A stretch of DNA of 64,000 bases, taken from NCBI GenBank assembly GCA_964016885.1, contig OZ024744.1, positions 126,294,001 to 126,358,000 on the forward strand. The letters run 5' to 3'. The stretch comes from Eledone cirrhosa (taxonomy: Eukaryota). Below the pieces are notes generated by a model. That model was not told the origin of the DNA. It saw only the letters and a program-made list of their open reading frames with translations, and did not search any database. Of this stretch, positions 25,841 through 37,272 are shown one piece after another. Each line of letters opens with the position of its first letter. Within the stretch, counting starts at the first letter, position 1. Position numbers and translations under genes: made by a program.

Positions 25841-26289
25841 AGGAAGCTCCAACCGTTAAGGTTGTCTTTCCATTTATTAATATATTGTGTATTTACTCCA
25901 CTAAACTGTTGAGTGCTTTATATCAGTTATAAAAAAATTTCAGCTTGTTGAATCCCAAAATAGTTGTTGAAACAGCCACAGCTCAGCCGTCGGGGTCCTG
26001 AATATTTATCATATATATATACGTATGAGTGTGTGTGTTTTGAGAATTAATAATTATATAAACAAGTTTGTAATGAACAATTTATTTCTTATCAAAACTG
26101 TATAAACATGATATTATTTACAGTAAGAATAACAATAATAATGATGGTTTCTAGTAAAGGTGGAAGGCCAGTAATTTGGGGGAGGGGAAAGTTGATTAAA
26201 TCGAAGAGAGAAAGAAAGAAAAAACAGAACGGGAAGGAGAGGGGATGGCAAGAGGTCCGGTGTCGCAGGAGAGAGGGGAGGGTGGTTGA

Positions 26290-26785
26290 GCTTTGAGTCT
26301 AGGGCAAGAGGGCAGAAATGCTGCGCCCCACGGATAAGACGGCAAAAATATTCTCGCGGACGATGGCCAGAGATACCCAATGCAACAACCACCCAACCTC
26401 GCGGTGTTCCCTCCTCAGATGGGCTGCTGACTCTCCGATCTTTTGGAGGAGCTCGGCAGTACAAGGTCCAAGTACTCCTGGGGTCTCGACGTTGACTGGT
26501 GCAGAGAGGAAGTGGCCGGACAATCCTCGGTATTTGTTTATTTTACGTTCTTCTGCGAGGTGGGCTGCGATGCCGGGGTTTGTGACCGAAACGACTTGGA
26601 AACGAAGTTGTAGGCGGAGATTGTGTCGTAGCTGGTGGTGTCCCAGATGAGGGACCTACGTCCTTCGAATGGGAAGAGAGTGATTCCGTCGGGGCGCTTG
26701 CCATCTCCGGGACCTGTTGGCCCCAGTTGTGATGGGAAGCCAGCTGCGTCCAGGCTTCTTCTCAATATGTCGTTGACAACGACGT
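26290..26785 (-). mobile_element. CRE-like non-LTR retrotransposon RLE-domain fragment
   Basis: DGKRPDGITLFPF..GRRSLIWDTT and VETPGVLGP...VSLAIVREN remnants. Confidence 0.72.
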
Positions 26786-27330
26786 GTATCTATTCAATAA
26801 TTATTTGAATATTGAAATTTTAGGTTTAACTACCTTTTAAACCAAATACATTAAGAAAGGCATGACCAACACCACATCATTTTTATTTCTATTTTGAAAG
26901 TAGGTTTATAAGTATTAAATTTCAGTAGATTCTTATATCCTTCATGGTGGTCTGGTGGGAGATACGAGAGATGGTGGAGGTTCTGGTCTGGGGTTCAATC
27001 CTGCTCAGGAGATACTCTAAGGGGGTTCATACTAAACTTCTTCAGTGTTTCTTATCTCTAGAGACAAATATATATACATAAGGTAATCTGGTAAAGTTGT
27101 TAGAACATCACATAGAATTCTTTGTAGTATTTTTTCCAGTTCTTCAATCTGAGTTCAACTTTACTTTTCTTCCATTCGGGGTTGATAATAACGTACCAGT
27201 CAAATACTAGGGGTTAATTCTTCCTCTATATCTCTTTCTCACTCTCTGTCTGTTTTATTAAGACCTGGAGAGGTGATGTACTCTACCAGGTTTTATAATG
27301 AGTGATGGGGTCATACCTGCCTGCTACACC

Positions 27331-27655
27331 TCTGTGTACTAAGTGTAGCATATTATATCCTTGTTCAGGGCCTTCCTGACATTACTGTGTACTAAGGGTA
27401 GCATTTTATATCCTTGTTCAGGGCCATCTTAACATTGCTGTGTACTAAGTGTAGCATATTATATCCTTGTTCGGGGCCTTCCTGACATTAGTGTGTACTG
27501 AGTGTAGATTTTAACATCCTTGTTCTGGGCCTTCCTAACATTACTGTGTACTGAGTGTAGATTTTAACATCTTTGTTCAGAGCCTTCCTTACATTACTGT
27601 GTACTAAGTGTAGCATTTCATATACTTGTTCTGGGCCTTCCTAACGTTACTGTGG
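27331..27655. repeat. 53-bp minisatellite (~6 copies)
   Basis: ATTACTGTGTACT variants at 27381, 27434, 27487, 27540, 27593. Confidence 0.9.
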
Positions 27656-27659
27656 AAAT

Positions 27660-28430
27660 AGTAGTTTATATCCAATATGTAATATAGATATGGATTCTAC
27701 AGGACTAAAACTCATTAATATGAGGGGTATTAGTAGATTATATGCCATATTTAATAGAGAAATGGCTTCTACAAGACTAAAACTCATTAATATGAGGGGT
27801 ATTACAGTTTATATGCCATATTTAATACAGAAATGGCTTCTAAAGGACTAGAACTCTTTAAATTGAATAAAATAGTAGTATATATCCTATGTTTAATACA
27901 GAAATGCCTTCTAAAGGACTCATTAATATGAGGGTATTAGTAGATTATATAACATATTTAATACAGAAATGGCTTTTAAATTCAGGGACTCGTTAATTTG
28001 ATGGAAATAGTAGTGTCTATGCAATATTTAATACAGAAATAGCTTCTACAGGACTAAAACTAATTAATATGAGGGGTATTAGTAGTATATGTGCCATATT
28101 TAATACAGAGATGGCTTCTAAATGGAGGTATCTCATTAATTCGATTGAAATGGTAGTGTATATGCAATATTTAATACAGAAATAGCTTCTACAAGAATAA
28201 AACTCATTAATATGAAGGTTATTATTACATTATATGCCATATTTAATACAGAAATCGGTTCTAAAGGACTAGAACTCTTTAATTCAAATCAAATAGTAGT
28301 ATAAAGCAATATTTACTACAGAAATGGCTTCTACAAGACTAAAAATCCTTAATATGAGGGGTATTGTTAGATTATATACCATATTTAATACAGAAATGGC
28401 TTCTAAATGAAGAAATCTCTTTAATTCGAT
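27660..28430. repeat. ~71-bp AT-rich minisatellite (~11 copies)
   Basis: ATATTTAATACAGAAATGGCTTCTA recurring at ~71-bp spacing (27761, 27832, 27903...). Confidence 0.9.
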
Positions 28431-29089
28431 AGTAATAGTAATAATAATAATAGTAATAGTAATAATACAGCCAATTTTCCACGCAATACTTTTAGTTAGC
28501 ACCCCGAACGCATAATTGGGAATATAATCACTTATTTCCTAATGTTTGTTGAGTGAGTTGGGAAAAAAAACTTGGGAAATATATTTTCAGGGTCTCAAAA
28601 TCTTAAAGAGAAAAAAAAGTCCTGTGGAAGGTAGCAAAACAATTAGGAAGAAAATGGTTTGAAGTTGGTTGGTGAGTATAAGATTACAGTATCTTGTTGA
28701 TTTCTATAAAGTTTACTTTTAACTGAATTGGTAAAAATGGATAAATTAGAAGACACAATATAATAACTAATATTGTCTTCTAAAACAGGGAATAAAAATA
28801 TGTTGGTGTATTGGGGTGGGGTGGGGGGGGTAAACATGTGAGTTAATGGGAATGTTTTTGTTTGTTTTTATTGAAACATATTCAATCTACAGATAGGTTG
28901 TTATAGTTATTTAGTCTCGGGTCTGCCATTATCTGCAGATTTATAATTGAGGGGTGTTCCAGGTGTGACCACCCTACATTATTCCTAGAGATTGTTACTC
29001 CTTCATTCTTCAGTCATCTTGGTCTTCTTATGAGATGGTGGTGTAGTCTTATTTATTGTTAAGGTTATGGTCTTCCTTTGTCCACACTC

Positions 29090-29131
<42 letters not shown>

Positions 29132-29359
29132 AAAGGCTTCCTTCTCTGGAAAAAGATGATTTAATATTCACAACCATCTGTCTAATTGTTTTCTGATGAG
29201 AATAAAGTTAATCTTGCTTGTATGTCTACCTGATCAAATGACTGGCTGATATCTTGAAGTCATTTACACCACAGAACTGTAGGAGTCTTGATCCCTCAAG
29301 CCATACCTCTAGCCATCATGTACTCCAAAAGAGTCTCACCTTGGTGCTACTCAACATGT

Positions 29360-30160
29360 CCATTAAATTTAGCAGCAAGGATGCCCTCTTCTTAGTGAGA
29401 GACAACTACAAGAGAGGTTCTTAGAGAAGAATAAGCCACTATAGTTAACTTTTGTTGACATAGAGAACCCCGATCTGTCATCTGGTGGTCCTTAAGGAAA
29501 CTAGGTGTAGGGGAATGGCTTGTGAGGACAGTGCAAGCTATGTACAAGGGTGCTGTCAGTAAAGTGAGAGGAGGAATTCCAGAAACAAAGTAGGTGTACA
29601 TCAGGGTTCGGTCCTCAGTCCGCTCTTGTTCATTATAGTCCTCCCTCCCTCCCTCCCTCCCTCCCTCCAAGCCATAACAGAGGAGGAGTAGTTTAAGACT
29701 GGATGCCCATGGGAACTTCTCTATGCTGACGATCTGGTTCTTATAGCAGAATCAGTAGAGGAGCTAGCTAGAGAATAAATTCTGGCTATGGAAACAGCAG
29801 TAGTTGGAATCAAGAAGACTGAGAGTGAACCTAGCTAAGACAAAAGTGTTTATAAGTAGAAGAGAGGACAAAACTCTGATTCTGTCAGGGAAATGGCCAT
29901 GTTCGATATGTAGGAAAGGAGTTGGCATAAATTCTATGAAATGTAGTACGCAATGCAGATCTTGGCTACACAAGAGATGTAGTGGGATAGCAGGAAAACT
30001 GACTGACAGGTAGGGAGAAATACGTATGCAGTAGATGTACAGGGAAATTTGACAGAGATTGCAGTGATAGACACATTTTTCAAATGCAGGTGGGATCTAT
30101 AGAGGGAGTTGATAGCTTCTGATACCTAGGTGATCAGATTAGTAAGGGAGGAGGGTGATA
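29360..30160 (+). mobile_element. Degenerate RTE-clade RT fragment
   Basis: GVHQGSVLSPLLF, PWELLYADDL (CTCTATGCTGACGATCTG), LRVNLAKTKV and SGKWPCSICRKGVG. Confidence 0.82.
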
Positions 30161-30673
30161 TAAAATATATTGTTATCATGACTGTCTTTATTATTTAAAT
30201 TACCTCTGTCTATTTACAGATTTTACAGAGTGTACTGGGTGCTTTTATGATGGGAGCAGCAACTCTATACGATTTTACAGAGTGTACTTGGTGCTTTTAT
30301 CATGGCACATGGCAGCAGCAGCAACTACGATTTTACAGAGTGTACTTGGTGCTTTTTACTCTGACATCAGCACTGAGGAAGTTGTCATATTTTCAGCTAA
30401 ATTAATGAGTAGAAAAACCAAGTTTCTGCTACAAAAAATTCTCAGATTCAAGGGAGACATTCAGTTTAAGTATGGTATACTGTCACTAAGGCAGCAAATT
30501 GGCAGAGTCGCTAGAATATCAGATAGCATTCTTTACATTATTTGTTTCAGCTCTCTGTTCTCTCAATTCAAATCCTGCTCAGGTCAACTTTGCCTTTCAT
30601 CCATACAAAATAGATTAATAAAAGTACCAGTGTATTACTGGGGTCAATTCTTCTTCTAACTCTTCTGCACTTC

Positions 30674-30767
<94 letters not shown>

Positions 30768-30989
30768 GCTTCTTTAGAACACATCTGCTGTATTCAGACC
30801 TGGAGCGGAGATGGGCTCCACCAAGTTTTAAAAATTGCCCTTTAAGCGCTGTATGTCAATATGGTGCCCCTATGATTCCCTCCCTCAGGAGTTATGGGAC
30901 CATAGATACTGTCAATTGTAAAGAATAACAGAGATATTCAGTGCTAGTGTGGTGTTCTGTCAGTTGTGGAGATTGATGAATCTAAACAG

Positions 30990-31190
30990 AAATATCAACA
31001 GCACTTTTCATTTCTGAGTAACACATTTGTTACCAAGTGCTGCATGGCTGGAATGAAAATCAGTGCTGTGAAAACCAAGACATTCATCCTCTCAAGGAAG
31101 CTTGTGCAGTGCACTCTACATGTAAATGGAGTCCCACTGAAGCAGGTAGAAAAGTTCATGTATCTCGAAGCTGTGTTCACGAGTGATGAC
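30990..31190 (+). mobile_element. LINE RT fragment
   Basis: GMKISAVKTKT...LKQVEKFMYL. Confidence 0.6.
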
Positions 31191-31329
31191 AGAGACGGCA
31201 AAGGCACAACACACAACAGAAGAAAAGAACAATGACAATTATTATTATTATTATTATTATTATTATTTGTTTTATTAGTTTTATTATAATAAAAATTGTG
31301 CTGTTAGTTTGCTTGCTATACCATCATGT

Positions 31330-31417
31330 ACCCTAACCCTAAACCTAACCCCAACTCCAACTCTGACCCTAAACCTAACCCCAACCCCAACCCTAACCCT
31401 AACCCTAACCCTAACCC
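31330..31417 (-). repeat. Interstitial telomere-type repeat (CCCTAA)n, partly degenerate
   Basis: ACCCTAACCCTAAACCTAACCCCAA...CCCTAACCCTAACCC abutting the ETS-like block. Confidence 0.85.
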
Positions 31418-32191
31418 ACGATAGAAGACGTTCGTTACCGCTGGAGCAACGCAAATTACTCCTCGGTTGACGCCAAAAACGAACGCCTTCTCGACGGCTA
31501 GCCGCATTTCGTGATCCGCCTTTCGATTGCGCTTCCGTCGCGGAAAAAGAATTGCCTTTATAGGCCGCCGCCGCCGCCCGACCGGACCCACGATAGAAGA
31601 CGTTCGTTACCGCTGGAGCAACGCAAATTACTCCTCGGTTGACGCCAAAAACGAACGCCTTCTCGACGGCTAGCCGCATTTCGTGATCCGCCTTTCGATT
31701 GCGCTTCCGTCGCGGAAAAAGAATTGCCTTTATAGGCCGCCGCCGCCGCCCGACCGGACCCACGATAGAAGACGTTCGTTACCGCTGGAGCAACGCAAAT
31801 TACTCCTCGGTTGACGCCAAAAACGAACGCCTTCCGGTTCGGGCGACGTAAAAGTCTGTAGCCTTTTCGCCGATCCTCGACGATTATCCGCCTTCCGAAC
31901 AACCGCCTTTCCGCCGTCACAGCAGTAGGTACTCGTCCGTCGTAATAGCCGTCATTTTAATGCAGGAGAAACGCCTAAATGCACTGCGATTGACGACGAT
32001 CTACGACGCGCTTACTCTTCCTTGCTGCGACGAAGGTTTCGTTCGGCTTTTCGTCGTGGACCCGGTCAGGTCATGCCTCTGATCTCGCGTTGCGTCGTTA
32101 CCGCTGGAGCAACGCAAATTACTCCTCGTTTAACGCCAACATCGAACGCGCTTCGGTTCTCGGTCGTCGTTGTTTTGTTTCGTGCGGAAGA
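31415..32191 (+). other. 5' ETS/promoter-like GC-rich region with 172-bp tandem repeats
   Basis: CCCACGATAGAAGACG at 31415, 31587, 31759. Lies directly upstream of the 18S 5' end; the ETS call is positional inference. Confidence 0.6.
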
Positions 32192-32375
32192 TACCTGGGT
32201 GATCCTGCCAGTAGTCATATGCTTGTCTCAAAGCTTAAGCCATGCAAGTGGAAGTTCATGCCGTAAACGAAAATGGTGAAACCGCGAATGGCTCAGGAAC
32301 CGGATCTAATCCTCGGGACCGTATTCCTCACCGCGAGGAGAGGATAACTGTGGCAATTCTAGAGCTAATACATGC
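32192..32375 (+). pseudogene. 18S rRNA 5'-terminal fragment
   Basis: TACCTGGGTGATCCTGCCAGTAGTCATATGCTTGTCTCAAAG, GTGAAACCGCGAATGGCTCA and GGATAACTGTGGCAATTCTAGAGCTAATACATGC, collinear with the eukaryotic SSU 5' end. Confidence 0.93.
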
Positions 32376-35233
32376 AATTGAGATCGGAGAGGGAGCGATC
32401 CGTCTGCTTGATTCCGATAACGAACGAGACATTCGTATCCGAAAGAACGTTTGTCGGTGGTAGTAGCAAATATTCGAACGAGACATTCGTATGCGAAAGA
32501 ACGTTTGTCGGTGGTAGTAGCAAATATTCGAACGAGACATTCGTATGCGAAAGAACGTTTGTCTGGAGGTGGCGATCCATGCCCGGTGGATAGTTGGTTC
32601 CGGGTTTTACTATGATTGTTGCAAAACAGAAACTTAAAGGGATTGACAGAATTTGCGATTCCGGAGAGGGGGCGATCCGTCTGCTTGATTCCGATAACGA
32701 ACGAGACATTCGTATCCGAAAGAACGTTTGTCTGGAAACTGGTGAGTCAGTGAGTCGAAAAAAAAAATATCTCGGTGGTAGTAGCAAATATTCGAACGAG
32801 ACATTCGTATGCGAAAGAACGTTTGTCGGTGGTAGTAGCAAATATTCGAACGAGACATTCGTATGCGAAAGAACGTTTGTCGGTGGTAGTAGCAAATATT
32901 CGAACGAGACATTCGTAGGCGAAAGAAAAATATCTCGGTGGTAGTAGCAAATATTCGAACGAGACATTCGTATTCGAAAGAACGTTTGTCTGGAAGTTGC
33001 GATCCATGCCCGGTGGATAGTTGGTTCCGGGTTTTACTATGATTGTTGCAAAACAGAAACTTAAAGGGATTGACAGAATTTGCGATTCCGGAGAGGGGGC
33101 GATCCGTCTGCTTGATTCCGATAACGAACGAGACATTCGTATCCGAAAGAACGTTTGTCTGGAAACTGGTGAGTCAGTGAGTCGAAAAAAAAAATATCTC
33201 GGTGGTAGTAGCAAATATTCGAACGAGACATTCGTATGCGAAAGAACGTTTGTCGGTGGTAGTAGCAAATATTCGAACGAGACATTCGTATGCGAAAGAA
33301 CGTTTGTCGGTGGTAGTAGCAAATATTCGAACGAGACATTCGTATGCGAAAGAACGTTTGTCTGGAAGTGGCGATCCATGCCCGGTGGATAGTTGGTTCC
33401 GGGTTTTACTATGATTGTTGCAAAACAGAAACTTAAAGGGATTGACAGAATTTGCGATTCCGGAGAGAGGGCGATCCGTCTGCTTGATTCCGATAACGAA
33501 CGAGACATTCGTATCCGAGAGAACGTTTGTCTGGAAACTGGTGAGTCAGTGAGTCGAAAAAAAAATATCTCGGTGGTAGTAGCAAATATTCGAACGAGAC
33601 ATTCGTATGCGAAAGAACGTTTGTCGGTGGTAGTAGCAAATATTCGAACGAGACATTCGTAGGCGAAAGAAAAATATCTCGGTGGTAGTAGCAAATATTC
33701 GAACGAGACATTCGTATGCGAAAGAACGTTTGTCTAGAAGTGGCGATCCATGCTCGGTGGATAGTTGGTTCCGGGTTTTACTATGATTGTTGCAAAACAG
33801 AAACTTAAAGGGATTGACAGAATTTGCGATTCCGGAGAGGGGGCGATCCGTCTGCTTGATTCCGATAACGAACGAGACATTCGTATCCGAAAGAACGTTT
33901 GTCTGGAAACTGGTGAGTCAGTGAGTCGAAAAAAAAATATCTCGGTGGTAGTAGCAAATATTCGTATGCGAAAGAAAAGATCTCGGTGGTAGTAGCAAAT
34001 ATTCGAACGAGACATTCGTAGGCGAAAGAAAAATATCTCGGTGGTAGTAGCAAATATTCGAACGAGACATTCGTATTCGAAAGAACGTTTGTCTGGAAGT
34101 TGCGATCCATGCCCGGTGGATAGTTGGTTCCGGGCTTTACTATGATTGTTGCAAAACAGAAACTTAAAGGGATTGACAGAATTTGCGATTCCGGAGAGGG
34201 GGCGATCCGTCTGCTTGATTTCGATAACGAACGAGACATTCGTATCCGAAAGAACGTTTGTCTGGAAACTGGTGAGTCAGTGAGTCGAAAAAAAAAATAT
34301 CTCGGTGGTAGTAGCAAATATTCGAACGAGACATTCGTATGCGAAAGAACGTTTGTCGGTGGTAGTAGCAAATATTCGAACGAGACATTCGTATGCGAAA
34401 GAACGTTTGTCGGTGGTAGTAGCAAATATTCGAACGAGACATTCGTATGCGAAAGAACGTTTGTCGGTGGTAGTAGCAAATATTCGAACGAGACATTCGT
34501 ATGCGAAAGAACGTTTGTCTGGAAGTGGCGATCCATGCCCGGTGGATAGTTGGTTCCGGGTTTTACTATGATTGTTGCAAAACAGAAACTTAAAGGGATT
34601 GACAGAATTTGCGATTCCAGAGAGAGGGCGATCCGTCTGCTTGATTCCGATAACGAACGAGACATTCGTATCCGAAAGAACGTTTGTCTGGAAACTGGTG
34701 AGTCAGTGAGTCGAAAAAAAAATATCTCGGTGGTAGTAGCAAATATTCGAACGAGACATTCGTATGCGAAAGAACGTTTGTCTGGAAGTGGCGATCCATG
34801 CTCGGTGGATAGTTGGTTCCGGGTTTTACTATGATTGTTGCAAAACAGAAACTTAAAGGGATTGACAGAATTTGCGATTCCGGAGAGGGGGCGATCCGTC
34901 TGCTTGATTCCGATAACGAACGAGACATTCGTATCCGAAAGAACGTTTGTCTGGAAACTGGTGAGTCAGTGAGTCGAAAAAAAAATATCTCGGTGGTAGT
35001 AGCAAATATTCGTATGCGAAAGAAAAGATCTCGGTGGTAGTAGCAAATATTCGAACGAGACATTCGTATGCGAAAGAAAAATATCTCGGTGGTAGTAGCA
35101 AATATTCGAACGAGACATTCGTATTCGAAAGAACGTTTGTCTGGAAGTTGCGATCCATGCCCGGTGGATAGTTGGTTCCGGGCTTTACTATGATTGTTGC
35201 AAAACAGAAACTTAAAGGAATTGACAGAATTTT
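32376..35233 (+). repeat. Tandem array of chimeric 18S/28S rRNA-derived monomers, copy B (complete)
   Basis: Monomer starts at 32594, 33021, 33393, 33765, 34124, 34550, 34813, 35172; same motifs as 1-2856. Confidence 0.92.
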
Positions 35234-35257
35234 CGAATCGACATCAACTCGGCTACG

Positions 35258-35609
35258 GCTATCCCGTCGAGTACGAGAGTATCGCGGGATCAGAGCAACG
35301 GTTTGCTAGGCTGCCTCTGAGCGATAACGGCTGAACGCCTCCTCTAAGCCGGAACCCTAGCCGGACCCGAGTTGTTTTTCGACAAGCGTCTCGACCTTCT
35401 TAAGGCCCATGCCTTAGTTTGGCGATTGCCGTCCGTTCGCCGACGGCGGCAGCGTCAGCGGAAATGCCATTCTGTGACGACTACGACGATTCGTCGTCGT
35501 CGTCGTCCATTCGATTTCCTGAAAGAGATAGAGACTAAAGTGATCAAATTGTTCGGAGTTACGTGCTTAGTAGAGCAGCTACCACACTGCAATCTATTGA
35601 GAGTTTTCT
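35258..35609 (+). pseudogene. 28S rRNA 3'-terminal fragment, copy B
   Basis: Same sequence as 2881-3232; AGTACGAGAG at 35270. Confidence 0.85.
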
Positions 35610-36040
35610 GACGAACGATACAATCCGCCCACGTGGCGCCAGAAAGGGAGAAGAAAAGAAAAGTTAGACGCCGCCGATCGATCGGTTCGTTGTTTTACGT
35701 GTACACAGCTTGTGTGTGTGTCTGTATGTGATACAAGCCGCCTATCCGTCTTCCAAGTAAGTTTTGTGTGTAGACTGCGGAAAGAAATCCAATCCGCCGT
35801 CTAGGCGGTTCTGCCGCCGACCCATACTTTTGCGAGTCGCTCCCGGGAAAGACAGGCGGCAAGACGGCGTGTATACACGACGCCTTCCGTCTTCCGCCTC
35901 GAACCCGGGCAAACGTTCCTTTATTCGTCCACGCCTTCCCGCTTCGATCGCGAGAAAGTAATCAATCTGTTTTGTGTGTGTGTCTGTGTGTGATACAAAT
36001 TTGTTTTCTTAATTTGATAACCATGAATTGTTTCAACACC

Positions 36041-36056
36041 GGCCCTTTTAAGGGCC
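36041..36056 (+). promoter_or_regulatory. Orphan histone mRNA-type 3' stem-loop, copy B
   Basis: GGCCCTTTTAAGGGCC followed by AC. Confidence 0.6.
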
Positions 36057-37041
36057 ACTTATATTTTCAATAATCAGTTTAAATGGGTTGCACCGTAGCC
36101 ACTTGGTAATACACTGCAAATCTCCCGTCAATCTATGAAGGTTTTGTAGTAGATTAGATCAAAACACAATCAGCAAGACAGTAATGGAATGAATAATATA
36201 AACATTTGTTTATAATTAAAGCCTTAAGATGTCCCTCCCTCCCTTCCTTCCTTCCTTCCTTCCTTCCTTCCTTCCTTCCTTCCTTACGATATACACTTTA
36301 ATAACATTGAAACTTATTTAATAAGTTTAAATTTTAAACACTTTTTATTCAGACGTACCGCGATAAGTAACTAGATATGTTCTAACGAATAATCCGCGAT
36401 GTGGCGAGGATTACCGCGATAGGAAATTAGATACGTTCCAAAGAAATATCCGCGAAAAGTGAACCGCGATATAGCGGGTTCACCAGCCAGTGTATTACTG
36501 GTACTTTATTTTATCGACCCCCATAAGGATGAAAGGCAAAGTTAACTGTGCAATAACAAAGGGAGATAACCTCGTCTTTTTTTTTTTACGGAGTTATTTC
36601 CCTTTAAATTTTATCTATTACTTATGATGATACAATTTAATCAGTTCTTAGCTGTCGAGACACTGCATCCTTTAAAACCTCCATGGAACAAGCTACCTGC
36701 AACAGTTGTTAGCTGTCGAGACACTGCATCTTTTAAAACCTCCATGGAACAAACTACCTGCATCAGTTGTTAGGGTCTGAGTTCAAATCACGCCGAGGAG
36801 GTTAACTTTGCCTTTCATCCTTACGGGGTCGGTCGGAAAACGAACCATTCCCGGTTCGCTTTCGAAGCGGGTTTCCGAAAACAGCGCTTCTCTCGACCGG
36901 GCCCGTCGTCCGCTCGGCGGTGGTTTTCATCGTCCCAGGCACGGCTAACAGGCGGAGACGGGACAAACGCGCGTGTTCCTTTTTTTATCAGCCGCAGCGC
37001 CGTTCGTATATATGCTTAGGTTGTTTTTTTTTTAAATATCC

Positions 37042-37271
37042 TAAGTTAAGTTGGGGCTAAGTTAAGTTGGGGCTAAGTTAAGTTGAGGTTAAGTTGAGTT
37101 GGGGTTAAGTTAAGTGGGGGTTAAGTTAAGCTGGGGTTAAGTTAAGTTGAGGTTAAGTTAAGTTGGGGTTAAGTCAAGTTGGGGTTAAGTTAAGTTGGGG
37201 TTAAGTTAGGTTGGGGTTAAGTTAGGTTGGGGTTAAGTTAAGTTGGGGTTAAGTTAGGTTGCGGTTAAGTT
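37042..37271 (+). repeat. G-rich telomere-like ~16-bp repeat, copy B
   Basis: (GGGGTTAAGTTAAGTT)n variants. Confidence 0.93.
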
Positions 37272-37272
37272 A

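Noticed and set aside
32192-35609. Functional 18S/5.8S/28S rRNA genes
   Set aside because: Only ~185 nt of 18S and ~350 nt of 28S are collinear, the interior is scrambled and the SRL is altered.
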